Origin: Planctomycetota bacterium
GTDB taxonomy: Bacteria; Planctomycetota; UBA1135; UBA2386
Assembly: GCA_046290465.1 (NCBI GenBank)
Contig: JBKAGP010000001.1
Span: forward strand, 5,856,001-5,920,000
Reading direction: 5' to 3'
Length of the DNA: 64,000 nucleotides
Shown here: one piece after another, positions 60,070 through 64,000 of the stretch
How positions within the stretch are numbered: the first letter of the stretch is position 1
Layout of the letters: each line of letters opens with the position of its first letter
Notes under the pieces: generated by a model
Told to the model about the DNA's origin: nothing
Databases searched by the model: none
What the model saw: only the letters and a program-made list of their open reading frames with translations
Made by a program: the position numbers and the translations under genes

Positions 60070-61250
60070 CTGATCACTTGGCTGTTGGTGCCCTCGCGCG
60101 AGTGGCACCAAGAGGCGCACATTGGTCCGCATTCAAACCGATCGCGCCCCGCTCAGGCTCATCGGATGGATGCTGCGCGGACCCCAGTCCTGCTGCCAGC
60201 GCAGCACCTCGACCGACCGCAGCCGGCGCGGCAGCAACCCGAGCACGACCGCGGACGCCAGCATCGGATGGTCGCGGTTGAATCGCTTGCGCACGTAGTT
60301 GCGGTAGACGGCGAACAGGTCGAGCTGCGCCTTGAGCCAGCGCGCGGCCTTGGACACCAGCCACGACTTGCGCCGCAGGCGGCCGCAGTTGTCGCGCGAC
60401 ATCGCGATCGTCGCGTTGATCGGGAACAGCGGGTTGCGGATCGTGCGCGCCTCGGTGCCGGCCGTGGTCGTGTGGGTGGCGCGGTCGCCGAACACCTTCT
60501 TGCACGACCTCGCGTAACTCGCCTTCTTGTCGGTGTGTAGCCCGAGCCGTCCGGTGCACCGCCGGTCGAGCTCGCGCAGCACGCCTTCGACGCACTCGCG
60601 GCTGCGGTCGGGCCGGCGGCCGTGCTGCTGTTCGTGGGCGTCTTGCCATGCCCGCCGGGTCGTGCCGCGTCGGGCGAGCCGGCGGATCGGCGCCGTGTCG
60701 GCTGCGACCAGGAACCACGACTTCCGCTCGATCAGGATCGGCACCGTCAGGGTGCGGATCGACGAGCCTTCGTCACGTCTCCTCCTCGTCGAGCACGTAG
60801 TCGCCGCCCGACGGCAGGCGCTGCGAGAGGTTGCGGTGCAGGCCCGCGCAGGTGCGGGCGATCTTGCGCATCTTGCGCTGCACCCCGGAGCACGACAGCT
60901 CGAGCAGGCGCCCCGCCTGGCGCAGGCCGATGCCGCTCGTCAGCAGGTCGAACAGGCGGGCGTTGGTAGCGGGCCTGCGGTCGCGGTAGTCGTGACGGAA
61001 CGTCTGGCGTGAGAACGTTCTACGGCAGGCGGGGCAGCGATAGCGCTGCTCTGGCGCGGTGCGGCAGGCGGCGCGGAACGAGCCCCATCGGGCGAATCGC
61101 CGGGGCGGGGTGGTGAAGGCGGAGCAGTCCTGGTGCGGACAACGGGGTGGCTCGAAGGTCATGCGGTGTCGTGGCGATGCGCCACGACACTGGGGCCCGC
61201 GTTCGCTGGCGGTGGCAGCGAATCCGCGGGACCAACAGCCAGGTGATCAG
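60070..61250 (-). mobile_element. IS1-like insertion sequence (1181 bp)
   Basis: 20-bp inverted repeats CTGATCACTTGGCTGTTGGT (60070-60089) and ACCAACAGCCAGGTGATCAG (61231-61250) flank the transposase; no target duplication visible. Confidence 0.8.
60133..61162 (-). pseudogene. IS1-like transposase (Zn ribbon-HTH-RNase H fold) split by a 1-nt frameshift
   Basis: CPHQDC...RYRCPACRRTF, HTH, VLDEEET*, then EGSS...LHTDKKASY...GRLRRKSW in the next frame; removing one base (TGAC to TAC) restores 342 aa. Confidence 0.8.
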
Positions 61251-61255
61251 TTGCC

Positions 61256-62935
61256 TCAGTGGACGTGGATGTGGCGGCCGCCGTTCTCCTCGGCCAACGG
61301 CTTCAGGAACGCCGTGTCGTTCTGGTCCCCGAACGTGATGCAGTGGATCGCGATCTTGCGCAGGTTGTTGGCTTCGCGAACGCGCTTCCGGATCTCTTCC
61401 TTGTCGGTGACCGGGCCGGCGGTCGGCGCGCCGTCGGTGATCACGTAGAGGGTGTCGAAGCCGGCGGCGTAGTACTTGTCGTAGAGGCCGCGACCGCCGA
61501 AGCCGAGCGCGGCCTCGAGCGCGTCGTAGAGGTTGGTCGGTCCCTGTGGCCGCAGGCCGTCGAGGAAGTTGCCGAGCAGGTCGTCGCGCGCCTCGTCGTC
61601 GAGTTCGACCAGCGCCGGCCGCTTGCCCTCGGCGCGCCAGATGCGCACGTCCTCGCTGAACACGACGAAGTTGCAGAGGGCGCCGTCGGGCAGCGACATG
61701 ACCAGCTTCTTCAGCTCGGCGACGACGAGCCTGGCCTTGGTCGTCTTGGTGCCGGCGCCGCCGACGGCGGTGGTGCCGGTGGGCTTGATCTCGGCCGGTT
61801 CGGCCATCGAGCCGGAGAAGTCGAGCACGAACAGTACGCGGTCCGACTCGATGGTGAGGTCGAAGAACTTGTCGTAGCGGTTGTCCTGCTGCGGCTCTTC
61901 GCCGGGCTTCGGCTTCGGCCGCACCTGGAAGCTCGCGCCCTCCTGCTTCCAGAACGCCTTCCACGGCGCGATGCCGCCGCGCACGACGCTCTGGCCGGTG
62001 AGCCCTTCGAGCAGCTTGTGCAGCCGGACGTCCATCGCCCACGGGTCCTTCTTGCGCTTCAGTTCGGCGTCCAGGCCCGCGATCAGCGCCGGGATCACGT
62101 CCTTGCAGCGCAGGTTGGCCAGCGAGAACGCGGCGGCGCTGCGAACCTGCCAGACCTTGTCGCGCTTCAATAGCGCGCCGAGCTTCTTGATCACCTGGTC
62201 GCGCTGCTGTCGCAGCTCGCCGGTCGGGTCCTTGCCCTCGGTCTCGTCGACGTGCGGTCGCATCGCCGAACCGATCGCGTTGCAGGCGGCGATGCGCACG
62301 TTGGGCTCGCGGTCCTTGAGCAGGTCGATCAGGGTCGGCACCAGATCGAGCTCGGCGTCCTTGGCCATCGCGTTGACGGCGTGCACGCGCAGCTCGTTCG
62401 GCATCGAGCCGCAGGCGCGCATCAGTTCGAGCTTGGCCTCGAGGCTCGGGTGGCCGGCGAGCACCTTGAGCACGACGACCGCGTGGCGCTGGTCGTCGTT
62501 CTCCTCGCTGGCGCGGATGCTCTTGGCGCGCAGCTTCTTCAGCAGCCAGGGCAGGATGCTCGGCTCCCGCATCGAGCGCAGGTGCCGCTGCGCCATCGCG
62601 CGCACGCGCCACGGCTGCACTTCGCGCTGGAACGCGACCGCCTCGGTCGGGTTGCCCGGCATGACCGGCTGCACGGTGGCGACCTCGAACAGCAGCCTGG
62701 CGTCGACGAACGTGTTGCGGCTCGCGACTGCCGCCATCAGGCGATCGGCGTCGTCGACGACCGTGCGGTCGGTCAACCCGTCCTTCTGAAAGCGCACCGC
62801 GCCCGCCTTGTAGTCGACCAGCCAGGCGCGCAGTTCGGCGCCCGGGTCCTGGCTGGCGAGTGCCTGGCTACCGCCGTCCGCGGCGGCGAGCGTCGCGGCC
62901 AACAGGATCGGAACGAGCGGCAGCGTGCGCTTCAT
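61256..62935 (-). CDS. Secreted HEAT-repeat plus vWA domain protein
   Basis: Signal peptide; LLKDREPNVRIAACNAIG and WQVRSAAAFSL HEAT repeats; DFSGSM, TNLYDAL and TDG MIDAS. Confidence 0.88.
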   Translation of the reverse strand: MKRTLPLVPILLAATLAAADGGSQALASQDPGAELRAWLVDYKAGAVRFQKDGLTDRTVVDDADRLMAAVASRNTFVDARLLFEVATVQPVMPGNPTEAVAFQREVQPWRVRAMAQRHLRSMREPSILPWLLKKLRAKSIRASEENDDQRHAVVVLKVLAGHPSLEAKLELMRACGSMPNELRVHAVNAMAKDAELDLVPTLIDLLKDREPNVRIAACNAIGSAMRPHVDETEGKDPTGELRQQRDQVIKKLGALLKRDKVWQVRSAAAFSLANLRCKDVIPALIAGLDAELKRKKDPWAMDVRLHKLLEGLTGQSVVRGGIAPWKAFWKQEGASFQVRPKPKPGEEPQQDNRYDKFFDLTIESDRVLFVLDFSGSMAEPAEIKPTGTTAVGGAGTKTTKARLVVAELKKLVMSLPDGALCNFVVFSEDVRIWRAEGKRPALVELDDEARDDLLGNFLDGLRPQGPTNLYDALEAALGFGGRGLYDKYYAAGFDTLYVITDGAPTAGPVTDKEEIRKRVREANNLRKIAIHCITFGDQNDTAFLKPLAEENGGRHIHVH

Positions 62936-62980
62936 GGGCGAAACGCTACCGGGTCCCGCCGGCGGCGGGAATGGGCTCCG

Positions 62981-64000
62981 CTACCAGTGGCTGCCGATCG
63001 TGAACGCGACCGCATCGGTCGCCGAGACCTGGCCGAGCACGCCCGGCTGGGACAGGTCCACGGTCAGGAAGTGGTGGTGCACGATCTGGCCGACCAGCGC
63101 CGGCTGGTTCGGGATCGTCAGGCGCGCGTCGGCGACCTGGCCGAGCTGGGGCGGGACGGTCACCAGGATCGGGTCGACCAGCAGCGAGCAGAACGGCGCC
63201 GCGTTGGCGAACAGCGAACCGAGCGGCACGCCGATCGGCGTGAAGCCGTAGACGGCGACAGCGGTGTGGCCGATCGGGATCGCGGTCGCCAGCGTGCGCG
63301 CCTGCCGGCCGAGCCAGGCACCGGAGCGGACCTTCAGCGTGGCGGTCAACGACGCCGAGGTGCAGAAGCCGTTGGCATACTCGAACGGGATCGCCGGACA
63401 CGTCGGTTCGACGCGCGCGACGAACATCGTCTCGACGCCGTCGAAGCGGCTGAACGCGCCGACGCACAGCACGGTGCCGTCGCTGCGCACCGCGAGGTCG
63501 TGCACCATCGCATCGGCACCGCTGCCGATCGCGTGCCAGGACGTGCCGTCCCAGCGCGCGATGTTGGCGGCGGGCACGCCGCCGGCCGCCGAGAAGCTGC
63601 CGCCGACCAGGAGGTCGCCGTTCGGCATCGCCGCGAGGCAGGTCGGTCGCTGCGTCGGGTCGTTGACCGGAAAGCCCGATCCCGGTTGGGACCAGCCGAC
63701 GCCGTCGAACGTCGCGATGCCCGACATCGGAGTGGTGCCTGCTTGCGTGATGTCGCCGAGCACGACCAGGTTGCCGGTGGTGGTGACCGCCAGGTCGCGC
63801 GGGGGCGCGTCGACGTCGCCGCCGACGGCAAACCACTGCTGCGCGACGTAGGTCGCGAGGTGTCCGACCGGGCCGCCGGTCTGCGACAGCTCGCCGCCGA
63901 ACACGATCGTGCCGTCCTCGAGGCGCGTGATCGCGGTGACGCTGCCGGTGAACTGCGGGTCGTAGTCGAGCCAGGTCAGCGTGTCCGGATCCCACGCGGC
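62981..64000 (-). CDS. Beta-propeller repeat protein with shared C-terminal domain, 5' truncated by window
   Basis: Repeats VGGSFSAAGGVPAANIARWDGTSW; frame open to the window end. Confidence 0.82.
   Translation of the reverse strand, partial: AAWDPDTLTWLDYDPQFTGSVTAITRLEDGTIVFGGELSQTGGPVGHLATYVAQQWFAVGGDVDAPPRDLAVTTTGNLVVLGDITQAGTTPMSGIATFDGVGWSQPGSGFPVNDPTQRPTCLAAMPNGDLLVGGSFSAAGGVPAANIARWDGTSWHAIGSGADAMVHDLAVRSDGTVLCVGAFSRFDGVETMFVARVEPTCPAIPFEYANGFCTSASLTATLKVRSGAWLGRQARTLATAIPIGHTAVAVYGFTPIGVPLGSLFANAAPFCSLLVDPILVTVPPQLGQVADARLTIPNQPALVGQIVHHHFLTVDLSQPGVLGQVSATDAVAFTIGSHW

Noticed and set aside
60773..60775. Selenocysteine readthrough of the transposase TGA
   Set aside because: The catalytic region continues in a different frame, so readthrough would not restore it

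Overview
GC-rich, densely coding bacterial chromosome segment. It is most consistent with an uncultured Planctomycetota lineage (inference from stand-alone coaB, dnaB-bamA synteny, MoxR/vWA and HEAT-vWA genes, and many secreted proteins). In order it holds: the 3' end of PTS enzyme I, a four-repeat Myb/SANT-like HTH protein, a STAS/kinase/receiver/HD signalling cluster, a MacAB-TolC-type exporter, coaB-ftsK, a motorless hyper-acidic FtsK paralogue, DnaA-box-like motifs before dnaB-bamA, several housekeeping enzymes, an orphan short flagellin and a PilX-like gene with matching sigma28-like promoters, secreted peptidases and PKD/propeller proteins sharing a C-terminal domain, an eight-gene MoxR-vWA-ABC operon, a BNR/VPS10 protein and tRNA-Sec. 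It also holds an IS1-like element with a frameshifted transposase and a 192-bp non-coding element with the same terminal inverted repeats. No CRISPR array or rRNA was seen. All product calls come from motif recognition by eye; no searches were run.
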